DNA of 63,798 nucleotides, the filler included, from Sluysia triapertura (lineage: Eukaryota): NCBI GenBank assembly GCA_046118255.1. It is 4 parts of 4 records of this genome, joined end to end, with 100 filler letters (N's around TTAATTAATTAA, not from the genome) between each part and the next. Parts side by side here need not be neighbours in the genome. Positions count along the whole stretch, not along the records: positions 15,760 to 28,357 come from JBJNIA010095887.1; positions 28,458 to 49,842 come from JBJNIA010258403.1; 2 more parts are not named here. One strand, 5' to 3'. This document shows, one piece after another, positions 24,945 to 39,290 of the stretch. Position 1 is the first letter of the stretch. The number at the start of each line of letters is the position of its first letter. The translations under genes were made by a program, and so were the position numbers. The notes beneath the pieces were generated by a model. The model was not told the DNA's origin. It ran no database searches and was given only the letters and a program-made list of their open reading frames with translations.

Positions 24945-25160
24945 AGATATTTTATTTATGAAGACTTCGCAATAATGATGTTAAATGCAGATCGCTGATA
25001 CAGTTGTTTTATTCAAAGAATTAGCACAGCGTGTAACAATGAATGTACAATTATTAGGAGATGGACTAGGGAATTTAAAATGGATGCATTTCTTTTTATA
25101 ATGCAAACAAGGTTGACAACCCTATTGAAATTAGAAATCAAGGTCGAATATTGGTGCCAC
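24945..25160 (+). mobile_element. Possible mariner N-terminal (HTH) relic
   Basis: YFIYEDF...ECTIIRRWTREFKMD resembles the mariner TV.RW..EFK.G motif. Confidence 0.3.
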
Positions 25161-26194
25161 TATTAGTAACAATGAGAAAAATGGAGAGAAAACCAAAAAT
25201 TTATACTGTATTATTATCTTCTTGATAATTCTCCAATACATATTGCAATATGCACGACAAAACGGAGTTAACACATTCGAAATATAGTACTGATTTGGTT
25301 CTAGTTTGCTCTTGTGAAACTTTTGAATTAATGCTTATTTCGAAGTACCAAAAGACTTCCATTCTAGAAGTACAGAAGATCTTGTAAAGTGGTAAAAGAG
25401 GAATGAGGTGATTATAAATATATAAACTCACGTCTGTGTTAATTTAAATAACGCTTATATTTTGATACTAAATTATTAATTACAGCCAAAGGCTCTTTTA
25501 ATAACGTTTAATACATATTACCCATTATATATGAATTAATTTTAGAACCATTGATAACATTATTCTTCTTTTATAGCAATGTTCAACATTGTTATTTTGC
25601 GTATTGTTCATAAAGTCTTACATAATCTTCTGAAATGTGTACATTTATTTTACAAATTTTGAAAGCTAAAAATATGAAAATAATAACTTACCAACAATAT
25701 TTCAATTATTTATTTTATTTGCCATCACAAAATTTCTATTTATAATCTCTTTTTTGTTTGATTTAATTTTAATTCTTTAAACTATATAAAACTAAATGCA
25801 ATATATCTTCTGTAACTAAATCATATTTCTATTTTCTATTTTTATCTTATAATTTATTTATCTTATTTTAATTTAATTTCTGACAAATATAATAGAAAAT
25901 GTTTTGATACAACTTTACTTTAACCTTATATTAACACTGATATATTTAAATTTTGATTTAATATAATAATTATAATTCTTATTCTGATGTGTAATAAATA
26001 GTACAGATATAATAAATAGTGAATGATATATTATATTTGTGAATTAAAAATTAATTATTGATTTTCAAGAAAAAGTTGTTACTGATTTTTACTTTTAATC
26101 GATAATTATTTTTATGGATGATTTTAATTCTTTTATATTTTTAGAATCTCGAAACTTCAAAGTTTCACAAAAATCAAAATACTAAAATAATTAT

Positions 26195-26197
<3 letters not shown>

Positions 26198-26234
<37 letters not shown>
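26198..26234 (+). repeat. (AAT)n microsatellite
   Basis: About 12 perfect units. Confidence 0.9.
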
Positions 26235-26235
<1 letters not shown>

Positions 26236-27654
26236 CGAAAGTATTTTTTCCGGTTTACATTTAATACTATTATGTTTCTTTATCATTTATTCAAATTGGT
26301 TTATTTCGTTCCAAAACTTAACCTGAATCAGGCATTCTAGTAAAATCAATGATTCTGGTGATTAATAGAATAACTGCTCCCTTCCTATGACAGTTTCCGA
26401 ATTAAATATCATAATTTATGCAGGAGTCGTTGCTACGGAAGTTAGAAACAGTTTACATGTAGATTTTAGAGTTTATTTTGTTTGTTTACGTTCTGGAAAT
26501 TTAAATTTTGCCATACCTACGCCAACCAGGAAGTGTAAGTCAGCAGATATTCTAAAAGCGTTAGAAAATGATGAATTTGATGATGTTGATATTTATGAAC
26601 TGTCCGACGATGATGACTCTATCACTGCTGATGTTGTCATACTGAAAAAAAACTGAAGCTGTTGATCTGAATTAATGTTCTGGGAGTGACGCAGTCATGT
26701 TACAAGGACTCTCTGATTTGTGCATGTTCTGCTCGTAGAGATGAACAAATTTGTGTATCGCATGCCAGGTGCTGCTTAATATGTTAGCCATTAGTAATCT
26801 ATAAACTGGTTCACCCGAATTTGGCAAAAGCAATCTGGTTGCCATAAAGTTAATAAAGAAATGGCAAAACTAATTGTGCATTCGTTCATTACTAGTAATA
26901 AAGATTGTACTCAATTCCATATTGAAACGTACGAAAATAAAATAAAAATTTCCTTTTAACAGAATTATTATAATTCAATGATAAAGTAGAATAAAGTATC
27001 TTGAAGTTTAATTACACAAAATAAATCGACACAGTCGAACATTAATAAGAGTTTAATTGAATAGTTAGTCAATTACTTACCATTTCTATCCCCAATAACT
27101 GGGTCGAGTATTCGAATAAATATATAATAAATATATAAATATATAATATAATAAATATATATTATATTGATATAGAGTATAGATACTATTTATAAAATAA
27201 ATTAATAGAAGTTTGTATTAATAATAAATAGTATTTGTAGATAAATCAGAATATATTGATATAGAGTCTGAGTATTGTTAAGGAAGTTGATTTGAATTAC
27301 GTAAATAAAACTTATAGTTTCAAAGATGCACTATTACTTTCTAGCTAAAAGGTGGAGACGTATTAACGAAAATACTATTAGAGATTAGAGCTCATTCAAG
27401 TACATACTAACTTTTATAATATATAAGATTATTATTATTATTATTATTAATTATTATTATTACTATTATAATTATTATTATTACTATTATTAAAAAAAGA
27501 AAAAATAGCACAGAGATTATTTCAATAAATCATGAATACTTAAATAAATTATGAAACAAAAATGTTTGACATTATAAATAAATTTACAATATAAGTAATT
27601 AAATGATAATGGATTTGTTTTACCGAAAATTGTTTTATTATCTTAAGATTTATA

Positions 27655-28176
27655 TTAAAATCGCCTTACTTCATCAAAACTTAAATGTTCATCACCAGTT
27701 TTGTCACTTTTTTGTAGTATTTCATTTAAGTCTCGCCTGGAAATTTGAGAACAATTCTATTAATTAAGGATTAATAAAATTAATAATTACCTTCATTAAA
27801 TAATTTAAAAATTCATTTTTATCCAAATAACCTAATGATTTAGAATCCATGCTGCGTAAATGTCTAGTTAATTCATTTTTTGTAATTATTGGTAAATCTC
27901 GACAAATATTTTGGTATTGATTGTAATTTAGTTTTTCTTAATTGAAATTAAATCAATTAGAAAATAAACGTACTCATTTCTGGTTTCCAATAACGAGATA
28001 TTACTTCTGTAGTTGGATGACGTCCACTTTCGCGTAAAACTAAAATAAAATAATTTTAAAAATATTCAATAAAATGACTAACTTTGTATTAATTCATTTT
28101 TACTTTCAAAAACATCATTTATTGAACTTTTGTGAAGTAGAAATATAGCTTTACAATCATCTACATTATATGACAT
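27655..28176 (-). CDS. EFCAB7: EF-hand protein, EFCAB7-like N-terminal region; exons 28176-28083, 28039-27974, 27936-27791, 27756-27655 (or donor after 27670)
   Basis: Spliced product MSYNVDDCKAIFLLHKSSINDVFESKNELIQILRESGRHPTTEVISRYWKPEMKKLNYNQY...TKNELTRHLRSMDSKSLGYLDKNEF...DKTGDEHLSFDE parallels EFCAB7 (C.A......KSS.....SK.QL...L...GR.P....I.KYW.P...KLN). Three in-phase GT-AG introns of 43, 37 and 34 nt. Confidence 0.8.
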
Positions 28177-28357
28177 ACTTAAATCAAGATATATTTGTGA
28201 AGTTTTAAAATAAAAATTTTATCGTTCAAAATTATTCATATATTATAAAATATAAAAATTAAATTATTAAAATTAATTTTAATTAATTAAAATTAATGAA
28301 AAACAATTAATTAAATGATATTTAAAAATTATATATAAATATATATAAATATATATA

Positions 28358-28457
28358 NNNNNNNNNNNNNNNNNNNNNNNNNNNNNNNNNNNNNNNNNNN
28401 NTTAATTAATTAANNNNNNNNNNNNNNNNNNNNNNNNNNNNNNNNNNNNNNNNNNNN
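28358..28457. other. Artificial 100-nt contig spacer
   Basis: 44N-TTAATTAATTAA-44N. Confidence 0.95.
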
Positions 28458-29149
28458 ATATATATATGTATAACAGAAATTCATAAAATATTAACAATAA
28501 TGATAAGGTAATAGTTCTGATAAGAGTATTATTAATGTAGTTTGATCATACCATCTCTTCCGCCAGTTTAAAATAAATAAATAATATTGTACGAATAATT
28601 TGTGCACATACAAGTATTATCTGAGCACAATCCATTCCTTACTTTGACTATCTATAAATAACTATGACTCACTTATAATTGTGAAAATTCATGATTGTGA
28701 ACCTTAGTAAGTGTTTTAATTTAGTACAAATTTATCTTTCAATGTATCTTTTATCATTTTACTATTCAAATGCAAGCCTTTAATCAAAGAAAATCTTATT
28801 TCGTAATTATCAACGTCTTAGAGGTTTCCATCCTACCATGGCAACGTTTAATTTTACCACTTATTTTCTCATAACCATCATAATGGCTTTATTTAATTCG
28901 ACCATAAAACAAAAAAGATTTCAAACAATAATTCTTTAGTCAAATAATAAGAGAACAGTATCGAATGTGAGCGCCAGAAATTTATGGTACTACCTAGTTA
29001 TTATACGGTTTCTTTTTCTATCAATAATTTATAGTCATGTTTTATATTTAATTTCTTCAATTTATATTTAATTTCTCAATTTACCATCATCAATTACTAA
29101 TATTTATGTGAATTTGCACAAGAACGAACAATTATTCAAATGAAAATTA

Positions 29150-29760
29150 ATTGTATGTATTTTGCTAATTGAAACATGAACTGTAAATATGTGACACTTT
29201 CTAACATTTAGTTTGTTCACAAATGGTTGCCCCCTTCTGCGCTAGTACTGCCCATAATCCATAGCTGATAGCATCAGTGTTAATTTCCACAAGATAATCA
29301 TTTGTAGAATAGTGTAAATAATTAATCTTACATAATCTCGAAAGACTTACTCAATTTTTATTTACTCAATCATTTTATTTATTCCCAACACATTTAATTA
29401 CTTAATATAGACAAAACTTCCTGCCAATATAACAAATGACTAAGTAACTCGACGTGTTTAGTTGATATTTGGTATAGCTTTCTCGAATTGTATTTCATTT
29501 GGATATGATTTAATATCATCTTTACTTAACATATATCCAAAAATTTTATTTCATTCATTTGATACACAAATTTATCTTCGTTTGTAACTGCAATAAATAA
29601 TTTTAAGCTATTTTTACAGCATACACAGTTGTGATCAAGATAGCACATGACACCATCCAAGCCATTTATAATGCCTTTATTGTATTTTTGAAACATTTCT
29701 CATGCTACTAAATATATTTTTATGATTTGGCTGTAATAAAATAATATTGTCGCATTAAAT
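29150..29760 (-). mobile_element. Ty3/Gypsy LTR retrotransposon pol relic (RT and RNase H)
   Basis: EMFQK..KGIINGLDGVMCYLDH (YxDD region), DKFVYQMNEIKF/GYMLSKDDIK, then DAISYGLWAVLAQ (RNase H DAS..GLGAVL.Q). Confidence 0.7.
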
Positions 29761-32700
29761 AGTGAGAAAATCTTGGAATCCTTTTCATTTCTTATTGACC
29801 AACCAAGGAACAATATCCGCGTTCAACAATGTTTCATTAGTCTTAATATGCATTGCATAAAACTTAACACTTTATTATTTTATTTAACATTGAAAATAAC
29901 AAAACCTCATACTTTTAAATCACTTTCAGTATTTAACGTTAGGTTCGACGTTTTCGGGAAAACGTTAAAGTCATATTATTAGTTGTAACTTTATATAAGT
30001 ACATGTACATTAACAATTAACAAATCCAAATTTACACAAATGACGAATTTTAATTTAATAATGTCACTTAAAGCAAGTAATTTTAAGTGCTTCGTTATTT
30101 ATATTTTTGGCCAAATTGTCAATACGTTCACAAATTATACATTTAAAATTCAGATTCATTAGATTTATAGTTACTTTATTGAAAATTATATTTAAAACTT
30201 GATCTAATTTTAATAACTTCTAGACCACTGTATTCATTAATTGTCTCTCTTACTACGGAAAGTTATAAAGTTCCAGCCTATCAAATGTCTTGTCATATAA
30301 TAACCTTCGTGCAGAAATATAAAAACTGTCTTTTAATACATAATTACTAGTAGAATAAGTTACAATAGGCACACACAGTCATGATAACTTGATTGTAAAT
30401 TCTCCTATATTTTGAACTTACCATGCAGCACATATCTGTTTTGAGAATTTAAGGAAATGAAATATACTTTCATTTTTTAAAGTTAAAGATTATGATCCTA
30501 GAAAAATTAATACCAAAATGAAGTTTAAAATTAAAATTTTAAGTTAGACTAAGTGTATCACAAATTACAAATAAAATTTTATTTATTACATATATTCTTA
30601 AATTTTTAAACAAAGTTTCATTAAAATAAGTAAGAGCTTAAATAAATTACTATGTAAATATTTATACGTAATTAAAACTGTTGTTTTATTTCCTTAGGTA
30701 ATAAAATTATTTCTTAAAGCTTTAAAGTTATTTCATATTAGTTAGTTAAATATATAATGCTGCTATCTCTATGAAATGATAAAATTAGAATGTCAGAGGT
30801 CAGATAAACAGTGCAAAGAAATTCTTAACATCTCCTAGAACTTAAATAATTCAATATTTTATGTTTTTTCAGTTTTACAAATATGTTTCAACTTTTCTAA
30901 TTTGTCTATTGCTTTTGTGGAATGAAAAATATTGTTCAGAGGAAATGTTATAAAACTTTGAACATTTGTATATTTATTAAGAAAGTATGGCATTATTTTA
31001 GGATCTAAATTATTAAGATCATGAAATATAATAAGATTTAAGAATAAAATTAATAAATTAGTACAATTGCTTTTATTTTCTAATAGAAATACAAATTTAA
31101 CCTCTGTGCTATCGAGGCACATAGGTAATAAAGAACGCTCTGATATTAAATTTATGGAAATGACAATATTAACAATGACAAAATATTACTGATAAACATG
31201 AATATTGAAGAATAAAATATAAACAGTCAGTTTATAAGAAACTAAATTAAATGCAAAATAATATTAAAAAATTACAAAGTTTATAATGTGAGAAAAATAT
31301 ACATAAACTCAGGTTTTAGTGGAGTTGTCGCATTTCTCAGTAAAGGAAAATAAAGTATGAGTAAAATATTTATGATAATATAGGAACAATGTATTTAGTG
31401 TCAACATGTGTTACTCGGATAAGAACAAACGAAAGACTAACATAATATTGTATTAATAATATAATAATAATATTTACCAGATTATTATTTTGTGCCATGA
31501 TAACAAGAAAAGTTAAGATAATAAAGAAGGGCACCAAAAAATTTATTTTTAGAACACATGCTAACCGTTACAAATAAAGAAAAACCTATATATCTATTCA
31601 AAAACCACATACACTATTTTATACTCGTTATACTCGCGATATACTCGTTAAGGACGAAGAAAATAATTCATCAATATTTGCTTGGTCAAAGTATACTAAA
31701 TCAATAATTATAACACCACAATCACATAATAATCACATAATTTTCACATATTTCACCATTCTTTATTAAAATTAATTTATAGATCAGAATAACTATTCAA
31801 AATTTCGCTTTATTAACACTTAGCGTGCGGTTATACTTCATCGCAGAATTAGTCACGCAGCAGTCGATTTTTTGTGAATCCAGCGGGAGTTTGATCATTC
31901 AGAAAAGTCATCAAAAATCAACTAATTCGACAAACAAACTTCTGAAATAAATAATGCAAAGAATTGCCTAGCAACACAAACACCATACATACAATGTCAA
32001 TTGTAATTATACAATATCTGCTCTCCATTGACAGATTCCACAAAACATAAAAGTACTTTGTTAAATTTAATGTCTAGTATAATAGTAAACTATAATAATA
32101 ATAATCTATATTACTCCTGACCTTCGATTTCATTTTTAATATGAAAAACAAATTAATATATTTCTCATGCCTAACTATAAAGAAATGATTATTATTCTTT
32201 GATAAGCATTATGTACAAATATCAATGAGTAATATTAATATTGACAGAAACAATAGCAAATTATTAAATACTGATTGTAAACATAAAGTTCCAGTTTTGA
32301 ATATCAAGCGTTCTCATTGGAAAATAGATAGAAAAGTTTACATAAAGTTAGTTTTTTCATAAAAAAACAAATGTTATTTAAATTTACATTGTGTTCCTTT
32401 GATTCGACCAGTTCTGGAAACGCTTTAAGATAATTTTAATCCAATCTAATTCATAAAAGGATCAAATGTCGATTAAAGAAGCTTAGAAGAATGTAATGTT
32501 GAAAATGCAAAATTTGGAGAGTATATTTCAAATTCATTCATAATTCAATCTTAATGTGGTATCAAAAGATAAAATTTCAGAATGTAATGTAGCAGAAGAT
32601 ATTAGAGCATTAACACTAAACATACCTATTCATACCATCACTGGATATTATATATATAATTAAATATAAGATTATATCAAAAATTAAAAGTCACATTATA

Positions 32701-35700
32701 AAATAGTAACAAACAATGCAATTTCATAGCATTTTTTTAAAGTAAAAAGGGTCATTTGACCTGTCATGGTAGTCATGAAGTTTAATCATAAAGTCGAAAT
32801 ATTAAATGTATTAAAGAATTTGAAAAATTCGATATTCTTTTAAAGCATTTAAAGTTTCAAAACAAATATATTTGTTCATTGAATGTAAAATAGTTTCTCG
32901 TCATATTACATCTGAAAAAATAATATTACAATATTACTGTTTATTACTGATTATGAGGATTAAAAAGGAAAATTTATGCACGATGTGTCTACTGGAAAAC
33001 TTTCTTCTGAAAAAAAGGAGATTAAGTTTCATGCAGTTTTCATGCAAGGTAAAAATAAGTTATAAGTTTACCATTTGTAGGTTATGTGCTCAAATTTTTG
33101 TGTATTTATTTAAGAGATCTTTATAAATTTAAAATTTCCAAAGCCGCCATCGTAAATTTAAATTAGTAAATCAAAACTGTAATAATCATTTGCGTAAATT
33201 ATAAAGGTTTAGATACTCAACCTAGGATAATTTTAAAGCCCTAATTCCAACAAAATTGTACCGTATTTATAGCAATTCACACTAATCTAGGTAATTAATT
33301 ACCGTTCATGTTACTTTGAATTAGATTCATATCAGAATCAAGCATTGTTTTTTATAACTTCTATGAAGAAAAGTCTTGTTACTATTGTCATGCATCAAGA
33401 CTGTAGTTTAAAAGATTTTTGTTCGTGATACACTGAATTAGTTATAACATTTCTATAACCGCTCGGTAAACAACAAAAAATAATACATGTGACAAAAATA
33501 GATCGTGGAACTTTAAACATATAATCTGAGATATTTTGAGGGAAAATGTGAATCATTTTTTTCTACTTTTTGGTAGTAACATCAAATTAGTAATCTGTGT
33601 TGATCCAACTTTAAGATTTTCGAGATTTTACACAAATTATCTATTTCCAGATTTAACTATTAAATATAAATTATATATCTTCCTGAACCTATATACAATA
33701 TTTTTTTATTAATGTACAAGGTTCTTTAAAGCAAAACCTTTAAATATTAAATTTATTGTTATAAAATTATTAAAATATTAAACAAAATATTCAAACAAAT
33801 AATTAAATAAAACTTAATAATGTAAAAATTAAATTAGATATTATCATAATTACCATTTTATTGATTTTATCCTACTTTAATACATTTTATTTATTACCAC
33901 TTCATTTTTTGTATTTTTAATTTCTAACCTCGAAGGTCATTATTTTACTTTAAAAAAACAAATTTATCTGCACGAAAAGCTAAGAAAATTATGAAAAAAC
34001 TTTATTCAGAATACAACGTAATATTAATTTATAATTTGAGTAAATACTAAACATTAGTAATTATTTATTCTTAAAAGTTTAAACCTCAATATTGTCAATA
34101 AAGGAAGCAATAGCAAGACAATAAAATAATCTACGTGGACAAGTGAAAACAAACGACGAAAAAGATGCGAAAATAGATAGAAAATGAAATAAATTATTGT
34201 CTTTATGAAATGTTTTCTCTCAAATAAATTTTGCGCATTTCTTTTCACACCTAGAATCGGAGATAGTCTATTTAAAGATACTGCTGGGTTTTTCTTTTAA
34301 AAAGACTTATCTAACAGCAAAATAAACTATTACTCAGAATCCGTTTATAGAATACGACTTACTAATGGTGCCCTGTAAAAATAACGTGAAAGTCTGTATA
34401 AGAATAACAGCGAAGATATTCGTATAAAAACATACTTTTCTATTATCTTTAAAACTTCTATTATTTACTAAGAATCATTATAATGGAGGCGCATTTTACG
34501 TATTATCTTAATAAAAACTATTAACAAAAGTTAATTCTTTAATCCTTTGAAGAATTAGTTTAGTTTACACCGTAAATAATAGCGACCAACGTGTTTCTAA
34601 TGTCAAATTAATCTGACTTTAAATTTTCTGTACTATAAAGTAAATAAATTGGACTTTTGTTATAAATTTAGCTTTTAAATTCTAATAAACTTAAACTTAA
34701 AATGACCAAAAGTTTATTATATCAAAAATTGGTAAAAATGACGAAATAAAATAAGTTAATTGTAAGTTTATAAAAATGATAATATAAACAATAGTAATAA
34801 AATATTAATAATAATAATAACAATATTAAATTATTTATAATAAGGGAACTAACCCGAAGACTCGATCTGTCGATAATTATTTTATAATTGACCTTAGGGA
34901 CCAACTAAAGGCTAGTGATTTTATATTTTAGTGTGATTTTGTGATTGGCCTTAATGACCAACTGTAAATTAGACATTTTGAGTGAAGATTTTAACTCTTA
35001 CTAGTCTAGTCTACAAATTATTTAGAATAAACTTAGTACTCAAGAGATTAATTAAAAAATTGTATTTGAATGTTCAGGATCAAAATAATGATTTTTGGTG
35101 AATATTTAACTGGATTGAAGAGAATCGGATTTCAGATCTCTCTAATCGAATGCGCGAGATCTAATTCTTTTTTTAATTGATTGGATTGACAATACGTTGA
35201 ACGCCAAAAAGAATAATGAATAGAATTGTTAAAATTAATATGACTTATAAATTGAAAAAACAAAATAGCGGCTACACTAGTAAATTAAAAATGTCAAAAT
35301 GGTGGATCTGTTGCTCTTTGTTTATATAGTTTTTGTGAGTATAAAGACATATTTTTGAATTTGATTTACTAAAACACTTCATTTATAGAAACTTCTTTTT
35401 GAATTACTTTTAAAATAATTAAGTATTAATTTTAATTTTAATATAATTAGAATTAGAATTTTTTAAATAATAGTAATTCTAGTAATTTTTTTATAGTATT
35501 TATAATATTTATAATTTTTTAATAAATACATAAAACATAAAAATACATAAAATATAAAATAATAAAATATGAATAATTTTACATAAAAATATCAATAAAC
35601 AATGAAAATATCATTAAGCGTGTCTGTACCTTTTGAAAATAAAATTCATGGAAAGAAAACTTCACTATACCAATTTAAACACAATAGGTAAAACAAGCAT

Positions 35701-36391
35701 CTAGTAAGTAAAATCGTTTTAAGGCAATTATTATGATCTTAGATGATCAGGTTTGTCTAGGATTTAAGTTTGATTTCAATGTTTATTTTTGAGTTATTTA
35801 CTTACACTAATTTCATTTTGAGTTACAAATAGTTCTTAAATGATATCTACATAGTATAAAATATTGTTTATTTTATGCATTATAAAATGTTATTTAATTA
35901 AATTAATTTATTTAATCATAAAAATAAATTAAACACTAATTTTAATTTTATTTTTCAGCACTTTATCTTTTAAAATTAATAGACAGAACAAAAACATAAT
36001 TTAATTAAGCGATTTATTTGAAGAAAATAAAATAAAAATTTAACTAGTAATTTTAATTAATTATAGTATTTAATTAATTATATTTTAATTTTAAATTAAC
36101 TTAATGGGAAACAATTTTTATAATATTTTTGTTACTGTATTATTTGATATGAATGATTTAGTTGTGATGATATCAAATATCTAATAGGAAACATAATACC
36201 ATGTCTGTGTTAAAATTGTGATAATTGTTATTTATTTTAAAGACTTTTTAGAAAAATGCAAATAAACGAATATCATATTAATTTTTATATAATAATATTA
36301 ATACTTTTCTAGTACAAAAAATGCAGAACAAATATAAATTTCATAAATTATTATATAATCAAAATAAAATTTTATAAAACTTAAAGAATAT

Positions 36392-39290
36392 CTAACATGT
36401 AATATTAAGAAAAAATCGAAAACTGTTACTACCCAAGTTATTACTAGCACTGATAACATAGTAGCCCATAAAAATTCTTGTAACATTTTTAATAACCAAC
36501 ATAGAATTGTTTGTTTTAATTGAATTGCCCAAATGAGCATGATTTTCTCTTTCCCATGAAAATTTATTAACTACCGGATTAGCAATAAATTCGATTCTTA
36601 ATACTACGTCTGAAACTAAAACAAAACAAAGAAATAATTTTTTTTTCACATAAATGTATAATATCAGATTAATTATTTTAGGTAAATTTTAAATATTTAA
36701 AATTATTATATAGTTAAAATTTAACAATAAACAAAAAGAATAAAATAGTTTTTAAAGATTTAAATTTTAATTAAAAATTATAATACATTTTTATTTTTTA
36801 AATATTTTTAAAATTATGACAATTTTTTAAAGTACTTAAAATAAGTTTAATTAAAAATTATAATACATTTTTATTTTTTAAATATTTTTAAAATTATTAC
36901 AATTTTTTAAAATAATTAAACATTTTTTAGTGTAATAATTTTTTTGTTGAATTTTTATAACTTTTATATCAATGTTACAGTTAATAAACCGTAAGAATAA
37001 ATAAAATATTACAATATTTTAAATAAAATGAATAATATTTCATATTTTTATATATAGATATAAAACCTTTATATTTACTTTAGTGTATATAAATAATTAT
37101 TCAGCACACATTGTTCATTTTAAAATTTAGAGTGAATCACACGTAAAGCAAGATTTTAATATATTATTGAATTGATGTTTGTTATTGAAATACATATTTA
37201 TTTGTTACTCCTTGTAGATACACTAAAATAATTACGGATTTACCTATACATTTTGATTTGTTATGTTAATAATGGGAATTACACTACCTCATTATTACTA
37301 TTAATATAATTATTATTATATATTATGTTATGATTTATAATATCTAAAAATATAATCAATATTATTATATTGAAATTTGATTATAAATTTGGAATATTTT
37401 ATTTGGTAACTCTATCTATTTGTAAATAAACCTTCGTGTTTTATGTTGCATTTATTAATAATAATAGTAATTTTTAATTTAATTATTTAATTTAATAATT
37501 TTTAAACAAAATAATTATAAAATTCGTTTATTTTAATTTAATTTAAACTTTAATTTTAATATTTTGACATGTAAAATGCCCAAATATAGGTAGAGATTAT
37601 ATAATAAATGTTAATACATACCGAGGACTTTAGAAATGATTACTTTAATTCATTTTAATTAATTCATTACTTTAATTCATAACTCTAATTTCATTTCTGA
37701 AATTAGAATAATAAATCATCCTTACTACTAAGATTTACGGATAAATAAAAGACAGGTTAAGAGAAACAAAACTACTTATGAGAGAAAAATTCAAATACTT
37801 GACGAATATCTTTAATTATTGTCAGTTTTTTGAATTATAAGGTATTTTACAAACTAGGCGAGTAAATTCGATTCAGTTAGGTATTTTGTATTTAAGTTAC
37901 TTTTCACTTATAATAATTATAATTATAATCTATTGTAACTGATGAATCATAGTACTTACAGTTAAAAATAAAGTTAAGCATGAAATAGATAAATTATTAA
38001 ATGATCATATATTGAAGAAGTCTACTTAGGTCAGAACAGTCAAGTGAAAACGCTGTCAGAAGGGATAAATTTGGTTAAACGACACATGATGACCATGTAT
38101 AGAAACTTTTAAAATTAATTATAAAAATATAAATTTTATCGACTAAAATTTTACTAACTATTTGCAATTTTTGTGTCATAGATCAAAATTATTTGCTCCT
38201 AAAGAATTTAAAAATATTTATACAATTATATTTTAAATACGAATTAAATTAAATGTGAATTAAAACTAAATTATATGTTGTTATTCATGTTAAATTAACA
38301 ATCAAAATATCACAAAATCATTAGCCGTATTTATTTCTTATTAAAATGTAATATTAAATTTTATTTAGTCTAGACTAAGAAAAATGAAAATGTTTTACTT
38401 TTTAATTATGGTCAATATAGTATTTCCTTTATATAATTTTCATTTTTTAATTGAAAACAAAAATTGTAATTTTATTTATTAAATAAATATTTCAAAAAAT
38501 AATTTTAATTATATACTTAAACTTAATATAAAGGTTTCTTTATAATATTTATTTACTTTCTTCAATATTATAATAATTAAATAGTTCTGTTTTGTAAGGT
38601 AACATAAAAATAATTATAAAATTAAATTAAAATTTTAAGAATTAATTAATCATATTTAAATTTATTTTCGTAAAGTTTTATATAAATATTGATTGATTTT
38701 TATTTCTAAAAGTGTTGTTTAATTATTTTCTGCTTATCTCAAGTCGTTACAATACATGAAAAATTAATTTAAAATTGATTTTATTATAACATAATAATTA
38801 TATAAATAATTTACAAATGATATAAAATAATGTATATTTTGCACTTGTTAAATGTATTAATAATTCATTGATTTTGTGACTTTTAAATTATATAAAATAT
38901 AAAAATATGGTTATCTTTTATAGTTTTAAAGTAATAGATTGAATGAAAATAAAATATTTTATTAAATCTAGTTTTGAATATTTATCATAATAAAAATAAT
39001 TTTGGCTTAGGTTTTATAAAGCCATTTTTAAAACTAACTTACATTCTTTAAATATAAAATGGGAATTGTTTAATTTTAATAATTCCAGTTTTGGATATGG
39101 TTTATGAATGACATCAAGTCGAATGCGATCATGTTGAATAGACGATAAAGAATTTGGGTGTGAAACTGGTAATTTTGATTGACATTCGATAAAATTACGA
39201 TGATCACGATAATTAACTTGATATTTCATTTTACTAATACTAATCTGTCCTTGATTAAGTCCTTTGATATGATCTGTACTAATATCTAAT
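36392..39290 (-). CDS. Ig-superfamily cell-surface protein, at least two exons (~39290-39040 and 36615-~36397); partial
   Basis: YQVNYRDHRNFIECQS...IRLDVIHKPYP resembles the Ig C2-type F/G strands of nephrin/sidestep-like proteins; VVLRIEFIANP..KFSWER...LVIKNVTRIFMGYYVISASNNLGS is an I-set pattern; splice signals flank both. Joining them into one gene is inferred. Confidence 0.65.
36766..36920 (+). repeat. 80-bp tandem duplication
   Basis: Units starting at 36766 and 36846 are nearly identical over ~65 nt. Confidence 0.85.

Noticed and set aside
26387-26656. 89-aa ORF with an acidic tail as a gene
   Set aside because: Looks like juxtaposed TE scraps (non-LTR-like ELN.IIYAG.V, piggyBac-like acidic N-terminus); too weak to call.
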